DNA from: Dehalococcoidia bacterium
Lineage (GTDB): Bacteria > Chloroflexota > Dehalococcoidia > GIF9 > UBA5629
Assembly (NCBI GenBank): GCA_016783155.1
Contig: JADHXB010000003.1
Span: 1 to 38,166 of the forward strand
DNA length: 38,166 bases
Direction: 5' to 3'
Notes under the pieces: model-generated
Database searches by the model: none
The model's input: only the letters and a program-made list of their open reading frames with translations
Told to the model about the DNA's origin: nothing
Shown here: positions 8,646 through 17,600 of the stretch, in pieces
Numbering within the stretch: the stretch's first letter is position 1
How the letters are laid out: each line of letters opens with the position of its first letter
Position numbers and translations under genes: made by a program

Positions 8646-8689
8646 TTCAGGGAGGCATTTTGTTCGTTTAATATAACACCTGTTAATTC

Positions 8690-9360
8690 TAGCCCACCCA
8701 CAACCGTCGCCTCTACCTCAACCCTGTCCTTGCCCACCCGCTGTCAATACCACCCCCACCCCCGTCACTCCCTTCGCCTATCGGCACGGCACATCGCTTT
8801 CGCTTCGCTGGAAAGGCCTGTGCCCAGTGCCTTATCCCCACCTGTGCCGTCTGGCTACCCTAGAGCAGCGGCTTCCCACCGTGGCTCGCTTCGCTCGGTC
8901 AGCCCCCGCTCTTAACGGCTGCATCGCCTTCGCCTCGCACCGCTACGCCTTTTAATAATCGGCTAATGCCGTAAAGTTGAGCAGCTTCGCGGTGTCCCCT
9001 CCGGCTCGCTCAGGGCATGCAGGCCATCCAGCACCCCAACCCTAGGCGAAGCCAGTGACCAACCCCTCAAAAGGCTACGACCGCTGCCGGATGTCCTTGC
9101 CCGCCGTGTTCTCCTATTGTGTGACATCCTGGTTAAGCCATAAACGGCGCAAGGGTCTTTGATAAACTGCGCCCTCTGCCTGTGCACTCATTCCCCCAAC
9201 CCTCTCTCTGAGCCCCCCAACCCTCACTCGTGTATCAGATGCACATGGCGTCGGGCTTGCCCTTGCGCTCGGCTTGTGCTAAAGCACCGCCTTCCGCTTC
9301 CGAATGCCCCCGTTCGCTATCGCTCACTTAGATAATGGACATTGCCACGGCGGGCTTCGG
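8690..9360. other. Non-coding, C-rich, hairpin-dense region (candidate ssDNA origin/oriT/packaging region)
   Basis: No credible ORF; hairpin GGCACGGCACA...TGTGCCCAGTGCC at 8783-8831; several CGCTTCGCT-like motifs. Confidence 0.4.
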
Positions 9361-9390
9361 TTCGTCGTGAGTTTTGTCAGGAGGTGTGGC

Positions 9391-9603
9391 ATGTGTGCTG
9401 GTGCTGTTCGGTGTGAGCGCTTGTGTCTTCGGTCGGAGCACTGTGCTCTTGGTTTGAGGCGTCGGCGTGAGTTGTGTGGTCGTTATTTCGTGCGCCGTTT
9501 GGAGCGGCGCCAGAAAGTGCTAGGCGCCAGTCTGGAGTACGTGGTCGAAAACTGGCATCGCACCACGCATGTCGCAGTAACAGATGAAGGAGAGCCATGC
9601 TAG
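9391..9603 (+). CDS. Small Cys/Arg-rich hypothetical protein (70 aa)
   Basis: AGGAGGTG RBS before ATG 9391; first gene of the small-gene array. Confidence 0.55.
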   Translation: MCAGAVRCERLCLRSEHCALGLRRRRELCGRYFVRRLERRQKVLGASLEYVVENWHRTTHVAVTDEGEPC

Positions 9604-9833
9604 TAACTAGGAACAGCTATCAAGTCAAGGTCTGTGGAGCTGTCAAAGCAGCCGGTCGATGCCCTTCGCTTTGCAAGAGCGAGGGGGGTTGCTTCTGCAC
9701 AGACTATCCCGGACCAAGAGTTGTGCTTAACGTGGCAGAGCTAAAGCGTCGCTGCCATCGGTCGCACCGTGTCATGGCAAAGCTGAACGTGCTAAATCAA
9801 GGAGGTGAAATATGCAGTACCAGGTCGGTGTAA
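9597..9833 (+). CDS. Small Cys-rich hypothetical protein
   Basis: AAGGAG RBS, overlap with the upstream stop. Confidence 0.6.
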   Translation: MLVTRNSYQVKVCGAVKAAGRCPSLCKSEGGCFCTDYPGPRVVLNVAELKRRCHRSHRVMAKLNVLNQGGEICSTRSV

Positions 9834-9988
9834 CAATCTACGGCTATGTCATTATCGAAGCCCCAAGCCGAAATGATGCAGGCGAAATGTATGCCGCTAT
9901 GGGCTCCGAGCAAATCCTTCAAGATATGAAGGTCAACAGCATAGACAGCGAGCATGTGCTGGAGGTGGGGTTTAAGCATGGCGAATGA
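9812..9988 (+). CDS. Small acidic hypothetical protein, 58 aa (MQYQVGVTIYGYVIIEAPS...), not in ORF track
   Basis: AAGGAGGTG RBS. Confidence 0.65.
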   Translation: MQYQVGVTIYGYVIIEAPSRNDAGEMYAAMGSEQILQDMKVNSIDSEHVLEVGFKHGE

Positions 9989-10163
9989 CGTCTTATGCCC
10001 CAAATGCGGCGCATCATGGCACGCTGTGAGGCAGATGCTAGCCAGCCCCGAGGTCGAGGAGCGTGTGCTAGCCGAGGCCATCATTATCAACTGTACTGAA
10101 TGCAGAAAGGAGTTATCAGAATGCTACATCTCTATGAAATCGTCGAGCAGTACCAACAGCTAA
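9978..10163 (+). CDS. Zinc-ribbon hypothetical protein (CPKC...CTEC)
   Basis: GGAGGTG RBS, two CxxC motifs. Confidence 0.6.
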   Translation: MANDVLCPKCGASWHAVRQMLASPEVEERVLAEAIIINCTECRKELSECYISMKSSSSTNS

Positions 10164-10621
10164 AGGTCGTCATTGAGAGGACGGATGCCACCGATGAGGA
10201 CTTTGAGCTAACGCTCAAAGCCATCGAGGACAGCTTTGACAGAAAGGTCGAGAACATCGCTAAGCTGTGCTTGTCATTGGAAAGTAACATTGCAGCCTTG
10301 AAGCAGGAGGAAGCCCGCCTCCACGACAGGCGCTCCTCGATGGAGCATACGCTCGACTGGCTAAAGGACTACACGCTAGACCAAATGACAGCCATCGGAG
10401 TAGAAAGTGTCAAGAGAGACACAGTCTCCGTGAGTGTCAGGGTTAATCCTCCGAGCGTCCATATCTACCGGCTAGAGGATGTCCCGCTTGAGTTTTGCAG
10501 CCACGTCCCGGACGTGTGGCAGCCAGACAGAAAGCGAATCCTCGACCACTTCAAGGCTACAGGGGAGATACTGCCAGGCGTGGACATTGTCTCCGACAAA
10601 AAGAGAATCGAGATTAAATAG
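10121..10621 (+). CDS. Siphovirus Gp157-family protein
   Basis: LYEI...DRKVENIAK...EEARL..RR...LKDY...NPPSV...PDRKRI...GE..PGV pattern; AAGGAG RBS before ATG 10121. Confidence 0.85.
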   Translation: MLHLYEIVEQYQQLKVVIERTDATDEDFELTLKAIEDSFDRKVENIAKLCLSLESNIAALKQEEARLHDRRSSMEHTLDWLKDYTLDQMTAIGVESVKRDTVSVSVRVNPPSVHIYRLEDVPLEFCSHVPDVWQPDRKRILDHFKATGEILPGVDIVSDKKRIEIK

Positions 10622-10635
10622 GAAGGAGGTGAACC

Positions 10636-10992
10636 ATGTCAGAACAGCCGCAGCATAGATTTCATGGCAAGGTGCTGGTAAGGAGGGGGGACACCGAGAT
10701 TCACGTCAACGTCTTTGATGATGCTCGTGACGTCGTCTACCTCGAAATCCAGCAGGCGATCGCCCAATTCTCAGGTGATATTAAGCCAGCCACCGCCGCC
10801 CATCGCGAGCTAGCCAGGACAGCGCAGGCTAAGGCGGCAGCGCCCCCAGCAGCCACCAAGCCGCTCAATGCGCCAGTGTGCAAACAATGTGGCACTAATC
10901 AGTCCGTGGAGCTAATTACCTGGGCGGACAAGGTCACAGGTGAGCAGCGCAAAGAGTGGAAATGCCAGGCTTGTAAAAAGTGGTGCCGGTAG
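10636..10992 (+). CDS. Hypothetical protein with C-terminal zinc ribbon (CKQC...CQAC)
   Basis: AAGGAGGTG RBS; 118 aa. Confidence 0.8.
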   Translation: MSEQPQHRFHGKVLVRRGDTEIHVNVFDDARDVVYLEIQQAIAQFSGDIKPATAAHRELARTAQAKAAAPPAATKPLNAPVCKQCGTNQSVELITWADKVTGEQRKEWKCQACKKWCR

Positions 10993-10994
10993 CC

Positions 10995-11189
10995 ATGAAC
11001 TACCAAGCCGACTTTATAGAGGGGGAGGTCAAATTTCAGGAGGCCTCCCCCAAGCCACCAGACTTGCGCCGCTACCAGGGCGCCATGTTCCTTGACCGCC
11101 CCGACCTCTGGCGGCCACCGCTCAGGCGAAACTGGAAATCGGCGCCGCTGCCTGGACAGCAACCGCTATTTCAAGCGAAAGGAGATTGA
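10995..11189 (+). CDS. Small hypothetical protein (64 aa)
   Basis: ATG 2 nt after the upstream stop; fills the gap in the array. Confidence 0.55.
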   Translation: MNYQADFIEGEVKFQEASPKPPDLRRYQGAMFLDRPDLWRPPLRRNWKSAPLPGQQPLFQAKGD

Positions 11190-11190
11190 C

Positions 11191-11349
11191 ATGTTTACTA
11201 GAGTTACCAGGTATGGAGTCCTGATACGTAAAAGGCTTTGGCTCTGTGTGTACCGCAGATTTAGGTTCTTTCACGTATTCGTTCCGGGGCTTCCTATTCA
11301 TGTGTGGTCTATCGGCTTCTTGCTGGTGCTCTGGCGCTGCTGGAAGTGA
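11191..11349 (+). CDS. Small basic/hydrophobic protein (52 aa)
   Basis: AAAGGAG RBS; ends just before repeat copy 1. Confidence 0.55.
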   Translation: MFTRVTRYGVLIRKRLWLCVYRRFRFFHVFVPGLPIHVWSIGFLLVLWRCWK

Positions 11350-11360
11350 GCGCCTGGTTT

Positions 11361-11392
11361 GGTCGGGGGGCGCGCATCCGTTACCACGCCCA
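11361..11392 (+). repeat. 32-bp intergenic repeat, copy 1
   Basis: GGTCGGGGGGCGCGCATCCGTTACCACGCCCA. Confidence 0.9.
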
Positions 11393-11422
11393 GAATTACA
11401 AAAGAAAGGAGAAAAGACAGCA

Positions 11423-11551
11423 ATGAAACTGAGTTGGGAAGCCATAGGATGCACAGCAATGGCAGTATCGGTGGTAGTGCTAGTTTGGCTAGTAATCATC
11501 TTCGTTGTCACCCACTGGAACCAGCTACCGGCAATAATACAAGGAATGTAA
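11423..11551 (+). CDS. Small single-TM protein (42 aa)
   Basis: AAAGGAG RBS; hydrophobic stretch; bracketed by repeats 1 and 2. Confidence 0.65.
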   Translation: MKLSWEAIGCTAMAVSVVVLVWLVIIFVVTHWNQLPAIIQGM

Positions 11552-11554
11552 GTC

Positions 11555-11586
11555 GGTCGGGGGGAGCGCATCCGTTACCACGCCCA
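11555..11586 (+). repeat. 32-bp intergenic repeat, copy 2
   Basis: GGTCGGGGGGAGCGCATCCGTTACCACGCCCA. Confidence 0.9.
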
Positions 11587-11611
11587 ATAATAAAATGAGA
11601 GGAGTATTAGC

Positions 11612-12214
11612 ATGGACGCTAACTTTTGCCCCGAATGCGCCCAGCCGCTAAACAGACTGGACTGGAATCTTCAGCATGAGAGAGTCAAATATCTATCCTG
11701 CGGAGAGCACTACTTCGAGTTAGTCCAAAGGGATGCGGACATAACCCTAAGACAACTCACCCTCAAGTGGTGCACTGTCTGTGGCTCTCTAATCCCCTAC
11801 CTGAAAGACAGGAATGGCAAATGCCAGGACTGCCACGAAAGGCTATGCCGCGAGTGGCGCATGGATCCTGCGGAAAGCAACATGCTTCTGGAAATTACCC
11901 CCCGGATCTCATCGGGGGGGACGTCGTACCACTGCTATACGAGCATAACCATCCGCCCCTATCCCAACCCCTGCACCTTCGGCGGCTCGTATGGTGGCCA
12001 GGTGGTGGAGACCGAGGAAGCCCTGGAGCATGCCCTAGCCGTCTTTAACGAGGAAGCCGCCCGCTATCGCCAGCAGGGGATGGAAAAGGTCGAGATTAAG
12101 CGGAGCGAACCTATCTACGTGGAGTCTCAAGAGGCTTTCATTCAAAGTTCCCAGGTCGAGGAACAAGAGAACGAGGCCGAACAGGACGACACAATTCAGA
12201 TGTCTTTACTGTAA
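11612..12214 (+). CDS. Multi-zinc-ribbon hypothetical protein with acidic tail ending QMSLL
   Basis: GAGGAG RBS; CPEC, CTVC, CQDC motifs; bracketed by repeats 2 and 3. Confidence 0.8.
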   Translation: MDANFCPECAQPLNRLDWNLQHERVKYLSCGEHYFELVQRDADITLRQLTLKWCTVCGSLIPYLKDRNGKCQDCHERLCREWRMDPAESNMLLEITPRISSGGTSYHCYTSITIRPYPNPCTFGGSYGGQVVETEEALEHALAVFNEEAARYRQQGMEKVEIKRSEPIYVESQEAFIQSSQVEEQENEAEQDDTIQMSLL

Positions 12215-12219
12215 TAGTC

Positions 12220-12251
12220 TGCCGGGGGGTGCGCATCCGTTACCACGCTCA
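12220..12251 (+). repeat. 32-bp intergenic repeat, copy 3
   Basis: TGCCGGGGGGTGCGCATCCGTTACCACGCTCA. Confidence 0.88.
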
Positions 12252-12489
12252 CAAATGAATCCCAAACTTAGCCCTATGTGCTATGCGTATCGCAGCTTTC
12301 AGTTGTATGCATGATGATTATCTCGTATCCGAAAGTCTGTTTCATTTGTAAATTAATGTTGTATAATGAGTGATATTACGAGGATTTGGTTTCGAATATA
12401 GTGCATAATGATACTGGAGCCTGATATATTTGTTGCCTAGTCTAGATTCACAAAACAATCATAATATATAAAAAGGGTGGTGGTATGAA

Positions 12490-13464
12490 ATGCCTAAAAG
12501 AGACAGTGTTATAACTGTACAGGGATTTGAATTGCAGAATATGCCACGTATATACGTAGCGGCTATTCTTGGTAGGTGGCTCCTTGAACGCACAACTCCT
12601 TCTTGGAGAATAGAGAATCCAGTAGAAGGATTTCAAAGGGTTGTCCGTGAGGTAAGAGCTCGTGAAATTGCATTAGCTGTGCTGGATCAGCGTAGGACTT
12701 TTCCGAACTCAATTGTCCTGGCAACTGATAGCGCGTCCTTTTCTCTTGATGGTCCCATTTTATCAATACCGCTCAATACAAAGTTTCTAGTGGTTGATGG
12801 TCAACACAGACTATGGGCGCAAAACTTCTCTGGTTATGATGCTCCGTATTCCTGTGTAATTCATATGGGTTTGTCAGAAGTAGAAATGGCCCGGCTTTTT
12901 CTAGAGATTAATGATAATCAAAAAAGAGTCCCTTCATCTTTACGTTGGGACCTAGTCAGGTTGGTAAGACCCGATGATGATCCGGAGGCGATTGGTGCTG
13001 CAGAAATGGTCTTCATGTTAGCTACTGACGAAGAGAGCCCTCTATATCAGAGGATAGACCTAACAGGTGAACAACCAGAAATAAGACTTAAACAGGGATC
13101 GATTGCTCCTGCAATAAGACAACTTCTTACGCAACGCTCGCCGTTACGCGGTCTCTCTTTTGAACAACAATATCAAGTGGTGATGCAATATTTCATCGCA
13201 ATTAGAGAATTCGATAGAGATGGTTGGAGAACTGGGGAGTCTGCGTTTTATGCAGCAAGAGTCCTTAGAGCATTACTTCGTCTGCTTGCTGACATATTCG
13301 ATGATTTAGGAAGAGATAATACAACTATAGCGTATAGATTGTTCCTGCCATATCTTAGAAAGATAGATACCACTACACTAAGTTCTGAAGCTCTGCGCGC
13401 TGCTCAAGGAGAGGCTGGTATAAGAGCTATATATAGACAAATGCACGAACAAGTCTTCGCCTAA
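12490..13464 (+). CDS. DGQHR-domain protein (DndB/ParB-like fold)
   Basis: GFQR...FPNSIV...VVDGQHRL...F..IN..QK signature. Confidence 0.9.
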   Translation: MPKRDSVITVQGFELQNMPRIYVAAILGRWLLERTTPSWRIENPVEGFQRVVREVRAREIALAVLDQRRTFPNSIVLATDSASFSLDGPILSIPLNTKFLVVDGQHRLWAQNFSGYDAPYSCVIHMGLSEVEMARLFLEINDNQKRVPSSLRWDLVRLVRPDDDPEAIGAAEMVFMLATDEESPLYQRIDLTGEQPEIRLKQGSIAPAIRQLLTQRSPLRGLSFEQQYQVVMQYFIAIREFDRDGWRTGESAFYAARVLRALLRLLADIFDDLGRDNTTIAYRLFLPYLRKIDTTTLSSEALRAAQGEAGIRAIYRQMHEQVFA

Positions 13465-13472
13465 ATGCAAAA

Positions 13473-14339
13473 ATGGTACTTTTTAATATCGATGAAGCAA
13501 AATATTACTGCTCCTCTTTTGGAAGCTCAGTTGGTGCTTCTGAGAGGTCTCTCTCCGAATTTCACAACATACACGTATTGAATAGATTTCACACATTTTC
13601 TGAAGGATCGAATATATTTAATGAGTATCGTGATTGTCTCTTACGAGACGTAGAGAGAACGCTCTTTTTTTCTGTTTCACATTATAGAAGAGCGCTCGAC
13701 CTCATGATGTCGAGTGCTTCACCCTGGGCTTATGTTACTTTATACTATGGGTGTTGGTATGTAGCACACGCTCTGCTTGGCCTCTTTGGATGTACAATAA
13801 TCAATAATTGTGTTATTGATGTTGAAGTAGGACTACCAGGAAGTCAAACATTACGCACGCGAAGAATAAGTGGAAGCCTCGGCAGAGCAAACGCTGTATA
13901 TACTACATATTCAGGAAGCCATCAAAGATTTTGGGATCTTTTTTATCGAGCCTTTCAGACAAACAAAGCACTATTTCCTCCGCAATTTCAGCTAGCATTA
14001 TCTCCAGTAAGTGGGGATCCGCTGTGGCAGATAGATAGACGGAATGACATCAACTATGATTCTTTTACTGGTACTCAGCTTGCTCATGATTTTGAACGTG
14101 GATTTACGTGCAGTAGTTTTCCAAGTTGTCTTCCTGGTGTGATGAATACGCAATATAAAATTTTTGAGTTATTTTTAGAGATGTCTTTTCAGTACGCACA
14201 AGACTTTGGAATCGCTACGGATGCGCTTCACAGATTAAGGTCACCTTCACCTCTTCGAAAAAAGGTGAGAGAACTCATTTATAATGAAAAACCATCGGGG
14301 CTTGTAAGTAAAACAATAAAATCCAAATTAACATCATAG
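13473..14339 (+). CDS. Hypothetical protein, HEPN-like
   Basis: AYVTLYYGCWYVAHALL, SHQRFW and RRNDINY segments resemble HEPN helices and the Rx4-6(H/Y) motif; 8 nt downstream of the DGQHR gene. Confidence 0.6.
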   Translation: MVLFNIDEAKYYCSSFGSSVGASERSLSEFHNIHVLNRFHTFSEGSNIFNEYRDCLLRDVERTLFFSVSHYRRALDLMMSSASPWAYVTLYYGCWYVAHALLGLFGCTIINNCVIDVEVGLPGSQTLRTRRISGSLGRANAVYTTYSGSHQRFWDLFYRAFQTNKALFPPQFQLALSPVSGDPLWQIDRRNDINYDSFTGTQLAHDFERGFTCSSFPSCLPGVMNTQYKIFELFLEMSFQYAQDFGIATDALHRLRSPSPLRKKVRELIYNEKPSGLVSKTIKSKLTS

Positions 14340-14469
14340 ATAGATATTGATGGTAAATCCCATAACGCCTTTGTATTCGAATAATTTGAAGCCCCTAGTA
14401 GCTCATCTGTATGATTAAACCGGATGATGAATATCCAGGAAATGGGAAAATAGTGTGCTATAGATCACC

Positions 14470-14522
14470 TTGACATTGGTGCTTTGATAGCTTACTATAT
14501 GTATGTATTTATGTATGTATTT
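14470..14522 (+). promoter_or_regulatory. Near-consensus promoter followed by tandem ATGTATGTATTT x2 (candidate operator)
   Basis: TTGACA(14470)-17-TACTAT(14493-14498); repeats at 14499-14510 and 14511-14522. Confidence 0.65.
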
Positions 14523-14534
14523 ATGGAGTAACTT

Positions 14535-14666
14535 ATGAATTGCCCAGAATGCCGTTCCAATAAAGTTGTGCGGATGGGTTTTATAGTTACCAGAAACGGT
14601 AAGAAGCAACGATATCGCTGTAATAAGTGTGGGCGTACGTTCTACGTGAACAAGCAGAAGGTATAG
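14535..14666 (+). CDS. 43-aa InsA-like zinc-ribbon protein, not in ORF track
   Basis: MNCPECRSNKVVRMG...GKKQRYRCNKCGRTF; GGAG RBS. Confidence 0.75.
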   Translation: MNCPECRSNKVVRMGFIVTRNGKKQRYRCNKCGRTFYVNKQKV

Positions 14667-14700
14667 TCCCACGGAAACTTATGTTGCAGAGGTTAAACAG

Positions 14701-16305
14701 GTGACCAAGAGTATAGTCAATTGCAAACTCCGAGATGAAAAGCGCAGTTGCCCAATCTGCCAAAGTAGAGGTGAGGGCAATCTGGGTGACCACATCAGAA
14801 AATTGCACGGTGAAGAAAGTTACAAATCTGCCGTGCTAGCCGCAAAAGAGGGAGGCTTATCAGATCCTGAAATCGGGGAAATATTCAACATAAACTTCAA
14901 ACAGCTCGAGCGAATAATTACCGCGGCATATGGTATTAACATATCGACACTGGGGAAAACGAAGAAAATCAGCAGTTGGGAACCAAAAGACTATGAAAGC
15001 GAAACTACCACTGTATGGAGCTTTAGGCAAAGAGGCTGTTGGGCTACACATGATGGACGTTATAGGGGTAACTGGTCTCCTTATATTCCTAGAAATGTCA
15101 TCCTGAAATATAGTCAGCCTGGCGATACTGTTCTTGATTATTTTGTCGGTGGTGGGACAACTGCCGTAGAAGCCAAACTATTGGGCAGAAGATGCATTGG
15201 TTTGGATATTAATGCTGCCGCAATTGAGTTAACGAAAGGCAACCTGCATTTCGACCTAGTGAGACCTCCTGACGATTATCAGATTTATGAGCCGATTATA
15301 AAGGTTGGCGATGCCAGAAATCTTGAAGGCGTTGAGGATAATACAATAGACCTAATTTGTGCTCATCCCCCATATGCCGGCATCATAAGCTATAGTTCGA
15401 AAATTGATGGAGATCTGTCAAGCCTAAGCTATGATGCTTTTATTGATGAAATGCATCAGGTGGCCGAAGAAAGTTATAGGGTTCTTACGCCTGGGGGGAA
15501 ATGCGCAATCCTTATCGGTGATAGCAGAAACAAGAAACATGTCGTGCCCATCGGGTTTCGAACAATTAATGCTTTTCTAGACGCAAAATTCAAGTTAAAG
15601 GAACTAGTTATCAAAAGGCAGCATAATTGTAAGACGACTGGATTTTGGTATTCGAATAGCATCAAGCATAATTTCCTGCTTCTCGCACATGAATACCTCG
15701 CTATATTTGAGAAGCCACGAAGACAGGCACAGAATTCTGATAATAGTAATAAGACTGCAAATCTGATGGTCTCGCAATGTAGGCAACATCTCCGGGTGGA
15801 ACGTGTACCTGAACTTGAAACAACATCAGTATGGATATTGCCTGAGAAGGAATTTGAGGAAAAGCTAAACAAAAATGTCATCTGTAGGTACTCTGAGGAT
15901 GGTGAATACTGGCAGGTGTTGATCAAATATGGGGAGGGAAAGTCAGAAGCACTTGATTTAGATGGGAAGACAAGTCTCTTGTTCATGAAGTCCCCATCTT
16001 TAGGTAAGGCCGAACGCAAGGATGCACTTCGCTCTTATGAGGACGAGGTCTATCGATTTGTTAGGAATAACATTAATCGAGTCAAGACAGGTGGATTTCT
16101 TGTGGTTCAGACGCGCGACGTCCGAATAGGTGGCTGCGTAGAAGCAGTTGCTAAGCGATTGATTGACATTCTACGATCTAAAAACCTTTGGCTGAAAGAA
16201 ATAGTGGTGTTAACATCTGATGGGGTGCAGAAGAAGCTAGAGAAAAGTGGTGAGGATTTAGACATAGTACATCAATATCTTCTGATTTTTGAAGTACTGA
16301 ATTAA
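14701..16305 (+). CDS. Amino (N4C/N6A) DNA methyltransferase with N-terminal Zn-finger/HTH and a degenerate second MTase-like C-terminal domain
   Basis: VLDYFVGGGTT (SAM binding) precedes HPPY (catalytic); TTVWSF/HEYLAIF echoed by TTSVWI/HQYLLIF; CPIC...HIRKLH. Confidence 0.88.
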   Translation: MTKSIVNCKLRDEKRSCPICQSRGEGNLGDHIRKLHGEESYKSAVLAAKEGGLSDPEIGEIFNINFKQLERIITAAYGINISTLGKTKKISSWEPKDYESETTTVWSFRQRGCWATHDGRYRGNWSPYIPRNVILKYSQPGDTVLDYFVGGGTTAVEAKLLGRRCIGLDINAAAIELTKGNLHFDLVRPPDDYQIYEPIIKVGDARNLEGVEDNTIDLICAHPPYAGIISYSSKIDGDLSSLSYDAFIDEMHQVAEESYRVLTPGGKCAILIGDSRNKKHVVPIGFRTINAFLDAKFKLKELVIKRQHNCKTTGFWYSNSIKHNFLLLAHEYLAIFEKPRRQAQNSDNSNKTANLMVSQCRQHLRVERVPELETTSVWILPEKEFEEKLNKNVICRYSEDGEYWQVLIKYGEGKSEALDLDGKTSLLFMKSPSLGKAERKDALRSYEDEVYRFVRNNINRVKTGGFLVVQTRDVRIGGCVEAVAKRLIDILRSKNLWLKEIVVLTSDGVQKKLEKSGEDLDIVHQYLLIFEVLN

Positions 16306-16335
16306 TTGTTTCGTTTGCTCATTTAAACAGGCTTG

Positions 16336-17487
16336 TTAAGACATTATGCCTCCACCGCCACCACTGCTAGTTGCACCGCTATCCCAGCCGGTTGCTCCTT
16401 TTTGAGAAATTGATTTTGGTGGGTTAAGATGACGGGTTTCGCTAGGACACACAGGGTCAAATGGACAAATGTTGCACTTCGGAGTTGGCCTACAAATCTG
16501 CTTGCCTACACTGTAGTAAAGAAGGAAGTCCATTGATGCCGGAGTTGGCGGGCGGTGGTTATTGGGGATATCAGCCCATGATTCCCATACACGTCTCCAA
16601 GCATTTGCAGCTCGGGTGTCAACGGCTGAGTATTGATAGCAGTACACATCCAAATAGCTTGCCAGCAGAGGTATTTTCGTTTTAATAATGGAAGTCCTCA
16701 ATGCTATACGCATTGTGTTCGAATCACTGGCTACATCTACCAAGTGGGCGTTTTCAGTATAGTGCCATACTCCCCACTCGGCCATATCACGAAGGAACAT
16801 ATCAGCCTTCTTATAGCTGTAGCCCAGATAGCCGGCTGATGCTAACTTGTCTCGAATAGTGCCGGCATCTCTATCACAAGCTGCTAGTATGTTGTAAGCG
16901 TCTCCATCGAATTCTTCGATGAGAAACTTTGCTGCTGCGATCATCCACTTGCGTCTCTTGTCACCCTGGGAACCGGTGGCTTCTAAGTACTGTAGAAAAT
17001 CGCCTACCAACCCTGAGTTCTCTACTAAATCTGCCGCACTGAACCATTCAGGGTGTTCTTTGAACTGTCCAAACGGATTGCGACCACCTTTGTGTATATT
17101 GATCTTGAAATCTTGAATGGCAGTAAAAAAGCGCACGTTAGCAACTGCGCGGTCAGAAATACCTTCTCTGGTGATTGGTGGTTTCGTTAGATATTGCGGA
17201 TAGTCCTGCGGTTGCGCATACACCGGTTCAAGGATTTTAGCGAGTCTTAAACACTGTGCATCATCAATACTTAGTCCCAAGATTGCTTCGTGATTTCTTT
17301 CCCAGTACTTGTGAAAACGTGATATGTAGTCATTGCCCAGTTCCTTATCCCGCTGGTACAGGAACTTGTTTAATTGGTGCAAAAACTGCCGGGCTGTGTC
17401 GATTTCGGATTGCTGATGAGGAAATTCTGCTTGTACGCCAAGAGCGCCAAGCAATTCCTTTAGAAAGGCACTAAATTCACTAGTCAT
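16336..17487 (-). CDS. HhH-GPD/endonuclease III-superfamily DNA glycosylase-like protein with 4Fe-4S motif
   Basis: HhH GYSYKKADMFL, acidic VDVASDSNTMR, C-terminal CRPTPKCNICPFDPVC. Confidence 0.75.
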   Translation of the reverse strand: MTSEFSAFLKELLGALGVQAEFPHQQSEIDTARQFLHQLNKFLYQRDKELGNDYISRFHKYWERNHEAILGLSIDDAQCLRLAKILEPVYAQPQDYPQYLTKPPITREGISDRAVANVRFFTAIQDFKINIHKGGRNPFGQFKEHPEWFSAADLVENSGLVGDFLQYLEATGSQGDKRRKWMIAAAKFLIEEFDGDAYNILAACDRDAGTIRDKLASAGYLGYSYKKADMFLRDMAEWGVWHYTENAHLVDVASDSNTMRIALRTSIIKTKIPLLASYLDVYCYQYSAVDTRAANAWRRVWESWADIPNNHRPPTPASMDFLLYYSVGKQICRPTPKCNICPFDPVCPSETRHLNPPKSISQKGATGWDSGATSSGGGGGIMS

Positions 17488-17600
17488 CTTTACATTGTCC
17501 TACCCACTATACCATAGGAAAACAGGGGTATCAATGTTGTAGGCTGTAAGCATCTGGAGTACAATGCTAGTAATCAACTCGATGAAATGGGGGCATCTGC

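Noticed and set aside
11361-12251. CRISPR array or classical integron attC array
   Set aside because: Intervals are 194 and 665 bp and contain whole genes; no RYYYAAC...GTTRRRY ends; the integrase is not recognisably IntI-type
12490-13464. Dnd phosphorothioation system
   Set aside because: No dndA/C/D/E or ssp genes in the element
14535-14666. IS1 element
   Set aside because: No InsB/DDE frame or terminal inverted repeats seen
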